Source: Candidatus Latescibacterota bacterium
Lineage (GTDB): Bacteria; Latescibacterota; UBA2968
NCBI GenBank assembly: GCA_965204375.1
Contig: OZ241986.1
Coordinates: 3,552,001-3,616,000 of the forward strand
DNA: 64,000 bases
Direction: 5' to 3'
The position numbers were made by a program, and so were the translations under genes. Below the pieces are notes generated by a model. That model had not been told where the DNA came from, ran no database searches, and saw only the letters and a program-made list of their open reading frames with translations. Shown in pieces: positions 49,244 to 59,700 of this stretch (its first letter is position 1; the number at the start of each line of letters is the position of its first letter).

Positions 49244-50965
49244 TCATCGCCGATCCTCCGGAGAGGCATCGTTTGTGGTCCAGTGAATGGTGTAGTCCTT
49301 ATCGGTCAGTGTCTGATAGTCCTTGATATCCCATCGTTTGACCATCCGTCGCATCGCCACGTACGTCAGAAACGCAACAACATAAAGCCACAAAGCAATC
49401 CAGCCTACGAACGTTAGCTCTTGAGTGTCCAGAGGAAAGTTGCTGCTCCCGACGATCTCCTCCAAAACCCACCGCACCCAGTCGGGCATGACATGGGACA
49501 ACCATCTCTCGAACAGCAAGGTGAGAGCGTAGAGCGACTCCAAATGGTGCCGAATAGCCCACCAACCTCCGAGAAACAATAACAAGGCAGGCACAAAGAC
49601 CAGCCATGATTTCTTGCGATACTTTCGCCACGAACGAAATAAGAACACACGACCACTCCCAGCTTTCAACACATCCTTCACGCGTTTTCGTAGCCTGGTT
49701 TCGTTGACGCATTTCTCGGTAGTTTGGTCTGAACTTGGCTGATCAAGAAAAAGAGGAGGTTGTGCCAACTCTGGTACGTCACCAGTCTTGTTGCTAATGG
49801 CCGCCTTCAACCTTTCACAATACTTTTGGATCTGCGCATCGATGAGAGTGTAGCCGTGGTACATCAAGACTTCCCGTTCGATAAAACTAAACTGGTCCAG
49901 ATCAGTTCGGATCCCACCCAACGCGGGAATGTACTCGGAAGGTAAGCGCGGCGTGTTGGGTCTGTCCTTAAGGTTTAAAAACAAATGCACAAACGCAAAT
50001 TCGCGACTGCTGCTGTCGTTTCTCTGCCACAAACGGAGGAGCTTGAGCATTTTTCTTCGAAGCTGGAACTGAAAAATAGAAAAGGTTCGGCCCATAACGG
50101 CGAAGGTTCGATTTCCTTGTCGATGAACTGGCTCCATCTGTCCGGAGGCATCGCTGACGAGCAGGACATCAAAGTCGTCACAGTCTGTCACTGAACTTTC
50201 TTCGCCATCCAATAAGCGATCAACGCCAACCAGAGCATCTATTCCCTGATTGTCCGCGACACCCCCATCTACAAGCTTATCTCCCCATATTGTCGTAGGG
50301 GGAAATAGACCGGGTACTCCTGAAGATGCTCCTACGACCTTCGACAACTTCAACGTATTCTGATTTACACGATGAAGTTCTTGCAGCCGGGATACCGGAT
50401 CTCGGCTGAACCCTATTCGCTCACCTGTAAGCAACGATGTCGTGTTCAGTACAACCTCCGGTCCGGTCAAGAAAAGAGGACTCTTCTCTTCTTCGGAACG
50501 TGCATCGTTGTGGCGCAAAGCGACTGAGGGTAAATGGTCCAGGGTTTCGTCGCGATAAAACCACTTGTCGTATTCTTTCTGCATTATGTCAGAGCGAGAA
50601 CAAGAGGGCCACAAGCTTTTGAGAAAGAGAATTGGATGGTAGAAGGGACCGAACACCATCGCCCTGGACCGCAGGTTGTGGTTAAGGGCTTGGAAAAAGC
50701 AGTCGGCGATTTTCTCGAATATCTGAAGTCGGACCTCATCGAGCCGGTCAGGATTATCTGCCAACTCTTCCCTGCGTTGGCGCAGGCGCTTCTCCATCTC
50801 GATCACGTAATAGGCTGCTATGATTGAGCCACCCGAGACAGCAGAGATCGTATGGACGTACTTCATGATCCCGAGTTCTTCGAGTCGGCGAATCACTCCC
50901 AGGTGGAAAATCGAAGCCCGAAATCCGCCTCCAGAAAGAGCAAGACCGATCCGGGGAGACTTCAA
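49244..50965 (-). CDS. Patatin-like phospholipase with C-terminal TM helices
   Basis: LALSGGGFRA, SAVSGGS (catalytic Ser), DGG, SDAS. Confidence 0.88.
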   Translation of the reverse strand: MKSPRIGLALSGGGFRASIFHLGVIRRLEELGIMKYVHTISAVSGGSIIAAYYVIEMEKRLRQRREELADNPDRLDEVRLQIFEKIADCFFQALNHNLRSRAMVFGPFYHPILFLKSLWPSCSRSDIMQKEYDKWFYRDETLDHLPSVALRHNDARSEEEKSPLFLTGPEVVLNTTSLLTGERIGFSRDPVSRLQELHRVNQNTLKLSKVVGASSGVPGLFPPTTIWGDKLVDGGVADNQGIDALVGVDRLLDGEESSVTDCDDFDVLLVSDASGQMEPVHRQGNRTFAVMGRTFSIFQFQLRRKMLKLLRLWQRNDSSSREFAFVHLFLNLKDRPNTPRLPSEYIPALGGIRTDLDQFSFIEREVLMYHGYTLIDAQIQKYCERLKAAISNKTGDVPELAQPPLFLDQPSSDQTTEKCVNETRLRKRVKDVLKAGSGRVFLFRSWRKYRKKSWLVFVPALLLFLGGWWAIRHHLESLYALTLLFERWLSHVMPDWVRWVLEEIVGSSNFPLDTQELTFVGWIALWLYVVAFLTYVAMRRMVKRWDIKDYQTLTDKDYTIHWTTNDASPEDRR

Positions 50966-51065
50966 AGTGACCTCATCTTTTAATGTGTCGTTCAGGCTGA
51001 TCCATCCTTCACTGTAATGATGCCACGCAGGTAATGGCCAGAGTCATTTTCAGAATCGGAAGGGA

Positions 51066-52102
51066 TCATTTCCCTTCCTGGCTACCGAAACCTCGCAAAC
51101 CTTGCTCTGCCAAGTCTGCGAGGTGATCATTGCCAGCATATCGTGCCAGATCTCGTGCTTTCTCGAAATCTTGCCGCGCTTCGTCTATTAGCTTTAACTT
51201 GTCTTTCGTAATGCCCCGGTTGTAGTATGTATTGGCGTCGTCTGGTTTTAGGCGGATCGCCTCATTATAGTCGGCCATGGCTTCAGGGTATTGCTCTAAT
51301 GAGGCCTTGGCATTACCACGGTTGTTGTATACTCCGACTAAGTCTGATTTCAGGTCAATCGCTTTGTTAAAATCGACGATGGCCTCCTCATAGCGGCCGA
51401 GTAGGCCCTTCGCAGCACCCCGGTTTCTGTATGCTTCAGCGTAGTCTGGTTTTAGCTGAATCGCTTTGGTGTTGGCCGATATGCATTCTTTCAGATTTTC
51501 GTTCCGAAATAAATAACCCACATAATACCAAGCTTCGGCAGCGAGGTCATTATCGCTTCCTTCTGTGATGTTGGCAATGGCACGCCATTTCTCGATTGCT
51601 TCGTCTATTCTTCCTTGCTGCTGGAGAGAATCGGCCTGGGCAATTAATTTCTCTGTATATATCTGCAATTCCTTGGGGACCTCGTCCACGCTAACATCGA
51701 ATTCGGGCCTATCGGCAAGGAGTTCAAACTGAGATACATATTCTTCGGCTTTATCGCGGTACTTTTTCATCTCATCAAGAATGCGCTTAGCTTCTTGTGC
51801 ATGCTCGGCAGCATCTCTGGCACTATTTCTTGCCTCGGTCTCAATATCCCAGAATTTTTTGAAGCCCACATAACCGCCCAAGGCAACGATAACACCGAAA
51901 AATGTGAGGATAAGGGCAATAACAAAGAGCCAACGGTCAATGGATACTGCCCGTTTATCCAGAAGTTCGTCTCGAAGTTCGTTGAAGTGGCGTTGAATTT
52001 CGACATCGTCCACAGTAGAAATCGACGAACCGGCAGACGAGTCGGTTTGTGTGGATGGGTCACGCTCCGCGTTTTTCTTTTTATGCGTTGGATTTTCTTT
52101 AG
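51066..52102 (-). pseudogene. TM plus TPR protein, interrupted near its N-terminus by IS1380 (original ATG at 53837); may restart at GTG 52013
   Basis: TPRs (AIQLKPDYAEAYRNRG, YNNRG, YYNRG); the frame stays open up to the IS end, and removing the IS restores MNNSKENPTHKKK... in frame. Confidence 0.75.
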
Positions 52103-53823
52103 CCCGACTAATTCATGAAAGTTTTTGAATAGTCTATTTATGTCATCATTTCGATGTTGTAAGCCCTCTGTCCGTGTTTTTCTGTTTTTGTTGCTCCCGA
52201 TTGTGTTTTTACCGGGTTCTGACAGGTCAATGTCATTGGTAGAGCGTGCCTGTGGTAGTCAAAAAGGGCAGAGGTTCCCCCTTGCCCTTGCCTGCCGAGT
52301 CTTTGCCCAGCACAAGGCGGTGTGCGCCAGTGATGTTGTCTGCCTTCTGCTTGCCATCTCTGCCCTCCTGCGTTTTGGGTTAAGGTCCTGCCCTTTTCAG
52401 ATTGTGTAGGATTTTATGATACAGATGTTGCAAAGGATAGGACACAGGCAGATGGAAGGTGATCCTTGTTTTCAACTCACAGACGCGTCCTGCGACTTTG
52501 AGGAAGCGATTTTGAATGGTATTGACCTGCGCGTTTATCCACCTTGTGCCATTGAATCCTATTTGCGCCAATGTCTGTATCAAGACATAGGCGGCAGAAT
52601 GGAGAAAGAGGCGGAACTGATTGGCAGTAAAGCTGTGACAGGATGTGCGGTCAGAGTGGAGAAAGGTTTTGTGATTTTTAATGAAGTTTTCCATCTGTCC
52701 GCGCGCACAATAGACGCTTTGATAGATAAAGGACGCCATTGAACTTTTCAGGTTGGTCACGACAAAGCGTGTGTTTTGGCCTCGGTCACTGATTTCGACC
52801 TTGCATACGATGCGTTGTGCCTTGTTCCAACTCTTTGCCTGATAGGAAAACGAGGTAAAAAGACGCACGGCCTCCTTTGTATGTGCATAAAGCCTTTTGG
52901 CCTGCGCGATAAGGGGTTGTGCCGCCTCACAAAGCTTGGCATTGCTGGTCTGTCCTAAGATAAAATACAGGTCATCAGTCTCACAAAGGTGATGGACTTG
53001 CGGACAAGAAAAGTGGGCATCACCCCGCAAGATGATCGCCACATCAGGCCAAGCCTGACGCAGATAGGCCACCAAACGCTTGATAATGGCGACTATCTGT
53101 TGGCCGGTCGGACGGATACCGGGACGCAATATCGTAGTGATCAACTTACCGGTTTGTCCCTCATAAATATGCAAGGGCTGATAGGTGTAGGCATTGTAAT
53201 AGCCATTGAATAGGGACAACTGCTGGGTCCCATAAACCGTATCCTGTGTATCATCAATATCTAAGATGATCGCCTCGGGCGGCTTTTTATACGAAGCGAT
53301 AAAACAATCGAGGAAGGCACGGGCAATCCGATACAAGTCGCTTCGCCTGATCTGGTTCTCAAACCGGCTCATCGTGGGTTGACTGCCCAAGTCTTTACCT
53401 GAAAGCGGCAAGACACCACAGGCGGCCTTGATACCCGGATCGCTGCGTAAGGCATCACAATCATTGCCATCTTCATACCCACAGGCTATCTGGAACACCC
53501 GTTGCTTGACCAACTCTGCGACGGCGTGCCTCACATAACTCTTATGCCGACGATCCCTGATCGCAGCACTCATGCGTGTTAAAATGCCAGATTTTGCCTC
53601 TACTTCTCGAAGCAATAACGCGCCGCTATCGCTGGTGAGAATGCCCCCATCAAAGGCGATATTGACACGTTTGCCGAAAATGCTTGCCAAAGGAACCTTG
53701 CGATGTTTATCTTGTGACCCCATGGTAGTTTCCTCCAAGTCTATTGTTTAATGGTTATGGTGATAACCTATAATAATACAATGACTTGAATAAGGAAACT
53801 ACCTTTTTTATGAATTTTTCAGG
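52103..53823 (-). mobile_element. IS1380-family insertion sequence, 1721 bp
   Basis: Terminal IRs CCTGAAAAATTCATAAAA and CCCGACTAATTCATGAAA (14/18 identical); 4-bp TSD TTAG at 52099-52102 and 53824-53827. Confidence 0.88.
52380..53738 (-). CDS. IS1380 family transposase (DDE_Tnp_1_4)
   Basis: FDGG.LTSDSG.LLL, GYED.ND...LR.DP, SQPTMSR.EN, LDID.T, RGD..F, Y..RG..EN.IK..K. Confidence 0.92.
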   Translation of the reverse strand: MEETTMGSQDKHRKVPLASIFGKRVNIAFDGGILTSDSGALLLREVEAKSGILTRMSAAIRDRRHKSYVRHAVAELVKQRVFQIACGYEDGNDCDALRSDPGIKAACGVLPLSGKDLGSQPTMSRFENQIRRSDLYRIARAFLDCFIASYKKPPEAIILDIDDTQDTVYGTQQLSLFNGYYNAYTYQPLHIYEGQTGKLITTILRPGIRPTGQQIVAIIKRLVAYLRQAWPDVAIILRGDAHFSCPQVHHLCETDDLYFILGQTSNAKLCEAAQPLIAQAKRLYAHTKEAVRLFTSFSYQAKSWNKAQRIVCKVEISDRGQNTRFVVTNLKSSMASFIYQSVYCARGQMENFIKNHKTFLHSDRTSCHSFTANQFRLFLHSAAYVLIQTLAQIGFNGTRWINAQVNTIQNRFLKVAGRVCELKTRITFHLPVSYPLQHLYHKILHNLKRAGP

Positions 53824-53847
53824 TTAGAATTGTTCATATTGAGAGTC

Positions 53848-54732
53848 TCAAAAAAACGTATTGACGATTATCATATAACAGGCATTCTGTTTTCTCTTCA
53901 GAGTGTCTGGTAGGAGTGTAGCATTTCGGCTCGTAAACTCCTGGATGCGCTCAGGCTTCACCCCATAGATATTGCGGAGGGTATTAAACAGGCCGATCAG
54001 ATCTGTTTCACTGTTAGTAGCTTTAGCCAACGCGCTCAAATACACATCATCAATATGCGATAATGCCTTTGCTATTCGGGAGCGCGTTTCATTGACAGAC
54101 TGAACATCCGAAAGTCTGGCAGGCGCATCCCAACACGGTGTCACGGATTTGATCTTACGCAACACGGCCAGATGGTGGTCCTCGCGGATAATCGACACTG
54201 TAAAACTACTGGGATAGACGGACAGCCAATTCTCGACAATTTGCTTCTCATAAGACCTTCTGAAATCGTCCAGAATGACCAGACCACCAATCTTGATCTG
54301 ATCATAAACCTGGTAAAGGCAGGCCTCCCGACCTCGCAAGGTATAGACAGGCGGACCATCAATAATCACGCAATCCATCTCTTCCTGCCAAAACATCCCA
54401 TCTTCATAAGTCAAAAATTCCGCATCTCCATAAGATTCAAGCGTAATCGGACGATATTTGATCGATAGATTGCGCTTATCCAAAAACTTCTGTATCAAAT
54501 CCGTAGTTTCTCTAAAATTTCGACAATCACCTTCCACAGACAAAACTTGCGCTTCAGGAAACGCCATCGCCAGACGGATAGAACTCGGACCACTTCCAAA
54601 TTCGAGAATTCTTTCTACTGTGGACATCTGAAGAAGCAAGGTCTCTATTCTCCCGAACACTGTCTCACCAATGCTCCAGCCTGTGTCCAGATTAAGCTGA
54701 TCAGGCATTTCAAAATCTGAAATTTTATGCAT
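53848..54732 (-). CDS. Class I SAM-dependent methyltransferase (Methyltransf_24-like)
   Basis: ILEFGSG.SS, IIDGPP, GGLVILDD. Confidence 0.8.
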   Translation of the reverse strand: MHKISDFEMPDQLNLDTGWSIGETVFGRIETLLLQMSTVERILEFGSGPSSIRLAMAFPEAQVLSVEGDCRNFRETTDLIQKFLDKRNLSIKYRPITLESYGDAEFLTYEDGMFWQEEMDCVIIDGPPVYTLRGREACLYQVYDQIKIGGLVILDDFRRSYEKQIVENWLSVYPSSFTVSIIREDHHLAVLRKIKSVTPCWDAPARLSDVQSVNETRSRIAKALSHIDDVYLSALAKATNSETDLIGLFNTLRNIYGVKPERIQEFTSRNATLLPDTLKRKQNACYMIIVNTFF

Positions 54733-54747
54733 TTCTCACTTCTCTGC

Positions 54748-56178
54748 CTATGATGTCACCTCCAGATCATAACGTCGCTGCAACAAAGACGCATCGACTT
54801 CCGCAATCTCCATACACATCTCCATCGCCAGTTCATAGCGATAGCGCGTCTGCTCACAAGCAACCGGATTGGGATACATCGGATCACCCGTCGTCGTCCG
54901 TGCCTCCCAAAGACATCCGCCACCACACAAGTTGCGCGCCCAGCACGTTTTGCACTCAGATCGATTATTCACATTGAACTGCGCGTCAAAATACTGCTGT
55001 TTTTCGCGATCAATACCCGCAAACACATCACCCATCTTAAACTCAGGTGCATCGGCCAAACTCGAGCAAAAATAAATTGATCCGTCTGCTGCAACAGCCA
55101 AATACTGCTTGCCGCCCAAGCATCCATGACAGGATTTTTGGCGCGTCAAAAGTTTTTCGATCCTCGGATCAAACTCTTCACTCTCTTCACCATTTAAAAT
55201 GGCTTTGAGCGCATGTCGGCTCCGCTTGTAAATTTGCTGCTTCAGAACGGGTATATGTTCTTCCCGAATAGCATAAGGCGCATCCGGTGAAACAACAGCC
55301 GGACCAACAAGTGCGTTTTCAGTACCCAGGGAACGCAACTCATCGGCAATCTGATCCTCGTCCATATCATAAGCTGTCATAACAGCCTGCAAATACACGC
55401 GCTCAGGTGCCTCAGCAGTCAGCTTTTTCACATTTTTTGCCACAACATCATAAGTCCCAGAACCATTGTGAAACTTGCGAATGCGATCCTGTGTTTTACG
55501 TCCGCCATCCAGGCTAACCTTAATCTGAAACTTTTCATCAACCAAAAACTGCTTCATCTCGTCGGTCAACAGCGTGCCATTGGTCACAATGCCAAATCCC
55601 ACCTGCACACCTAATCGCGCTCCCAGGGACCTGGCAAACGGCACCAGCTTGCATAATAGCGGAAAGTTCAAAAGCGGCTCTCCGCCAAAAAAATCAATCT
55701 GGCACCGTCCGAACACCTGAGCCTCATTAACAATCCAGCTTATCGCTTGTTCGGCAACATCGGGTTGCATCAGCATGGCCTTACCGCCGTAATCTCCACC
55801 GTGGGCAAAGCAATAAGCGCATTGAATATTGCACGTATGGGAAACGTGCAGCGACACCTGCAAACGATCTGTCTGCGATACCCCACAGGCTGCCACCCCT
55901 TCTGCGATCGGCACATTGGATACCACGGGTAGAGCACCATCCGAAATCAAACCTACCCGAGACAATTCCTCAATGGCTTCGACAACTTCTTCTGCCTCGT
56001 ATTGACCGACCAGCATCTGGACAACCTGTGAAGCAGACAAGCTCTCACAACATTCTAAAATTGATTTGAAAAGGGGGTCCAGTTCAAAAAACAGCCCCGT
56101 CTTCACCTGATAGACAATCGGCTGTTTGTGCTCTTCGGTTTGAAAAAGATGCATGTCACATTTTTGAATACACAGCAT
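54748..56178 (-). CDS. Radical SAM/SPASM peptide maturase B (CteB/QhpD-like, N-terminal RRE)
   Basis: CNIQCAYC, FFGGEPLLN, TNGTLL, SLDG; SPASM C.GG...C...CKTCWARNLCGGGC...C. Confidence 0.9.
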   Translation of the reverse strand: MLCIQKCDMHLFQTEEHKQPIVYQVKTGLFFELDPLFKSILECCESLSASQVVQMLVGQYEAEEVVEAIEELSRVGLISDGALPVVSNVPIAEGVAACGVSQTDRLQVSLHVSHTCNIQCAYCFAHGGDYGGKAMLMQPDVAEQAISWIVNEAQVFGRCQIDFFGGEPLLNFPLLCKLVPFARSLGARLGVQVGFGIVTNGTLLTDEMKQFLVDEKFQIKVSLDGGRKTQDRIRKFHNGSGTYDVVAKNVKKLTAEAPERVYLQAVMTAYDMDEDQIADELRSLGTENALVGPAVVSPDAPYAIREEHIPVLKQQIYKRSRHALKAILNGEESEEFDPRIEKLLTRQKSCHGCLGGKQYLAVAADGSIYFCSSLADAPEFKMGDVFAGIDREKQQYFDAQFNVNNRSECKTCWARNLCGGGCLWEARTTTGDPMYPNPVACEQTRYRYELAMEMCMEIAEVDASLLQRRYDLEVTS

Positions 56179-56202
56179 GCCTTGTACTCCTGAGAATCGA
56201 AA

Positions 56203-56391
56203 TCATCTATCCTGATCATCAGCCTGATCAAGATCGTCCCAATCGTCATCATCGGGAAAGGGCAGGGGGGGAACAGCTATCCAACCGGGCTCACAGATCA
56301 TTTCAAAACTATCCGCAGTCTGATACATAAGAATGCCACCTTCTTGACCTATCGTTCCATTGATCAAAGTCAACTTGCGTCGCGTTGCCAT
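56203..56391 (-). CDS. Putative RiPP precursor peptide B (62 aa)
   Basis: RBS GGGAGGG then ATG at 56391; MATRRKLTLING leader; FEMICEPGW; Pro-rich then Asp-rich tail; ends 24 bp before rSAM B. Confidence 0.78.
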   Translation of the reverse strand: MATRRKLTLINGTIGQEGGILMYQTADSFEMICEPGWIAVPPLPFPDDDDWDDLDQADDQDR

Positions 56392-56446
56392 ATTACCCTC
56401 CCTCAATACAAAAATCTAAAATGTGGTCACGATCTGTCCTTAATAC

Positions 56447-56463
56447 TGCAAGATCCGTGCCTG
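56447..56463 (-). promoter_or_regulatory. Sigma54 (RpoN) -24/-12 promoter
   Basis: Minus strand CAGGCACGGATCTTGCA versus consensus TGGCACG-N4-TTGCW. Confidence 0.8.
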
Positions 56464-56478
56464 AAATCGTCCCAACAC

Positions 56479-56510
56479 AAAAAAAAGCACTTGAAAATTC
56501 TCAAGTGCTT
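56479..56510 (-). terminator. Terminator of the kinase-activator gene
   Basis: Minus strand AAGCACTTGA-N6-TCAAGTGCTT followed by a T tract. Confidence 0.7.
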
Positions 56511-56573
56511 AAAAAATAAAGAGATAAAATTTAAAAATTATTTGTGATACAAATGCGACGATCAGACATAAGT

Positions 56574-56692
56574 GTAAACACCAGGATACACTTACAACCG
56601 CTTATTTAAATAAAATATCCATAAATTATTGACTTATATAAACATACTACAAATCGTAAACACCAGGATACACTGTAAACGCCAGGATACAC
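56574..56692. promoter_or_regulatory. Three 18-bp repeats, putative enhancer (UAS) sites
   Basis: GTAAACACCAGGATACAC at 56574 and 56656; GTAAACGCCAGGATACAC at 56675; TGTAAA-N6-GATACA pseudo-palindrome. Confidence 0.7.
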
Positions 56693-56703
56693 CTGTTCAA
56701 CGT

Positions 56704-59700
56704 CTATATCAATCCCAAACGATTGATCTTTTTATGCAGGCCAACGCGCGTCATTCCCAATTCTCTGGCGGCCTGGGTAATATTGCCCTCGTATTTCTCG
56801 AGCGTATCTCGAATCAATTGTTTTTCATACTCCTGAACACGATCTTGTAAATACCCCTGAAATTCGACAGAGGCATCTGACACTGTATGCCCGATAGATT
56901 CTGAAAACAAATCAGGCGTAATATCACCATCTTCTTTTGCCAATGCCACCGCAAGCCGAATCTTATTTTCCAACTCGCGCACATTACCCGACCATCTGTG
57001 ACTTGTGAGCACCTTAATCGCACCTAATGTCAGCTCTCCAACCGACTTGTTTGCCTCTTCTTTTGCCCGAATGAGCAGATGTTCAGCCAATAACGGCACA
57101 TCTTCAAGGTGTTCTCGCAAAGGCGGCATATCGATCTGAATCCCATGCAACCGATAATACAAATCTTCGCGAAAAGAGCCTTTTTCAACTTCTTTTTTTA
57201 AGTCTCGATTGGTCGCTGCAATAATGCGTACATCCACTTTGCGATCCTCTGTTTCTCCCACACGCCGAATCTCTCCTTCTTGCAACACCCGCAACAAACT
57301 CTTTTGCAACTCTGGCGAGGCATCGGCGATTTCATCCAAAAGAACCGTGCCCCCATCAGCAACTTCAAAAATCCCTTTATGATCTTCACTCGCGCCAGTA
57401 AAAGCACCTTTTTTGTGACCAAACAATTCACTCTGCAACAACTCTGGTGAAAGTGCAGCACAATTTTGCGACAAAAATCGCTGGTCTTTGCGTGTACTAT
57501 TGTAGTGTATGGCACGCGCAGCCAATTCCTTGCCCGTACCTGTTTCGCCCTGCACAAGCACGGGAATATCGCTCTTTGCAGCAGTTTCTATAAGCCGGTA
57601 GATCGCCTGCATCGCATCACTCTGGCCAACCAGATCATCAAGTCGGTACCGCCTTTTCACCTCCTGCTGCCAATATTGTGCTTTCTCCTCCAATTGTTCG
57701 TACATCCTCGCATTGACCAGTGCCATCCCCACCAGATTCGCAAATGCCTGCAAAAACGTCTGATCTTCTTCAGAAAATACATTGTCTATGCCGCGATGAT
57801 CCACATATAGCGCACCGATAACACCTTCCTTAACATGAAATAGGGGTACGCATAATACAGACCGAATGTTGTAGTCCATCACACTCTGGTACTGATTGAG
57901 CCTTCCATCTGTCTGGGCATCAAAGCTCAAAACGGGTTCATTGGTCTCAATAACGCGGCGAATAATACCTCCACTCAATTCTTCTGCATCATCTACCTCT
58001 AAATTGTGGTAGCGCACAGCATCGACCACAAAGCCTTTTGGGGTCTCATTTTTAATCGCAACAACCACGCGTTCTGCTGGATAGATAGTCAACAAATTAC
58101 CCAAAGTTCGATCCAATAGCACCTTGACATCGCGCTCTGTTGTCAATTCCCTGCTCACATCGTAAAGCAAGCGTAAGCGATCAACAGATAACGTATCGAC
58201 CGAAATTTCAGAACTGGGAGCGACATCCTCGTTGCGAGAAGATTCATCCAATTGATCTAATAACACCTGTGTTTTCTCCAGAAAATAGGACATTTCCATT
58301 TCTTCAAACGCCTGTTTTGCCGCTTCGAGATGTGCCTGCGCTTTTGGTACATCATCGCGCTCGAGATAAAATTCCCCTGCCATCAACAGCGCACGCGCCC
58401 AGTGATCGCCTTTGGATTCTCTGCGACATTCAATAGCCTGCTCAAACGCCTCTTCAGCCTCAGCAATCCGCCCTGCTTGAGCGAAAGCAACGCCGATACC
58501 ACAATACACCAGGGGCAATATGCCCTTGTACATCCCCGATGTTTGTTGCGTACCTTCACTGACTCTTTCTGTCCATTCAAGTGCTACATCTGTATCTCCC
58601 ATTCTCGCCGCAGCCGTTGCCGCTATCGCATAAGCGCGATAGACATAATCTTTTCGAGGTGTTTCCAAAAATCGCTCTGAAGAAATCTCGGCATATTCCA
58701 ATGCTTCGGCAAAATCACCGCGTTCCAGTGCCAATTCTCCCAAGTAGAGGAAATTCATTGCCTCCCAGTACAAAAGTCCTCGCTTCTGCCACTCACCAAT
58801 GACCTCATAACAAACCGATTCCGCACGATTGAAATCACCCAAATAAAAATACACTCTTTGAAGTGAATTAAGTGCCCAAATGCGATGGTGTTCAAGTCCA
58901 AGTTGTAGAGATGTTCTTACAGTTGCTTTTAGGTGTGCTTTAGCTGTCCCAAAGCGAAATCCCACTAATGCAATCAGACCTTCTCGCCCTTGTATAATAG
59001 CCTTGTTTTGAGCTCTTCCCAGAGTAGCATATTTCTCTATTTCCCGACGCATATACGCAATCGCTTCTTCGTGCCGTCCAGACACATCACATAAATGAGC
59101 TAAACTGCTCAATGCCTGAACCTCACCTTCGAGATCACCGAGTTCGCGATAAAGTCGCAATGCCTCCAGCATATATTCTTCTGCTATTTCTCGATGTTGA
59201 AGTACGCTGTGAATAACCCCTTTGCGATTCAAAATATGTGCCTTCAAATCGTTTCGATCAGAGGGCAATAACCCCTTTGCCTCGTTTAAAAGTTCCAGTG
59301 CTTTATTGTACTGACCGCAATTGCGCAGCACATCTGCATAATCGCACAAAAAGTCGATAGTATCTGCTTGTGATTCAAAGGCGTCATCCGCTGACCAGCC
59401 TCGCACAGCCTCAAACCGTCTCAATGCTTGGCGATACGCCTGTGTCTCCAATGCTTTCTTGCCCGCCAGACACATATATTTCATCGCCTTATCTCGTTCT
59501 TCTGCCGCCGCAAAATGATCCGCCAATTCTTCCGCCAATTCTTCCGCATCCTCCGACTCGTCCAGAACATTGCCAATTTCTCGATGCAACAGACGCCGCC
59601 GAGCATTTTGCAGGCGGTCATAAATTGCACGCCGACACAACTCCTGCGAAAATCGATAGCGGTCTTCATCCTCTACACAAGCATCCAAAAGCCCTTCTGC

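Noticed and set aside
54748-56391. Quinohemoprotein amine dehydrogenase (qhp) operon or canonical SCIFF system
   Set aside because: No alpha/beta subunit genes are present, and the peptide has one Cys rather than the multi-Cys QhpC or SCIFF pattern.
56574-56692. Three direct repeats as a mini-CRISPR array
   Set aside because: The repeats are only 18 bp, the gaps are 64 bp and 1 bp, and there are no cas genes; their position fits enhancer sites.
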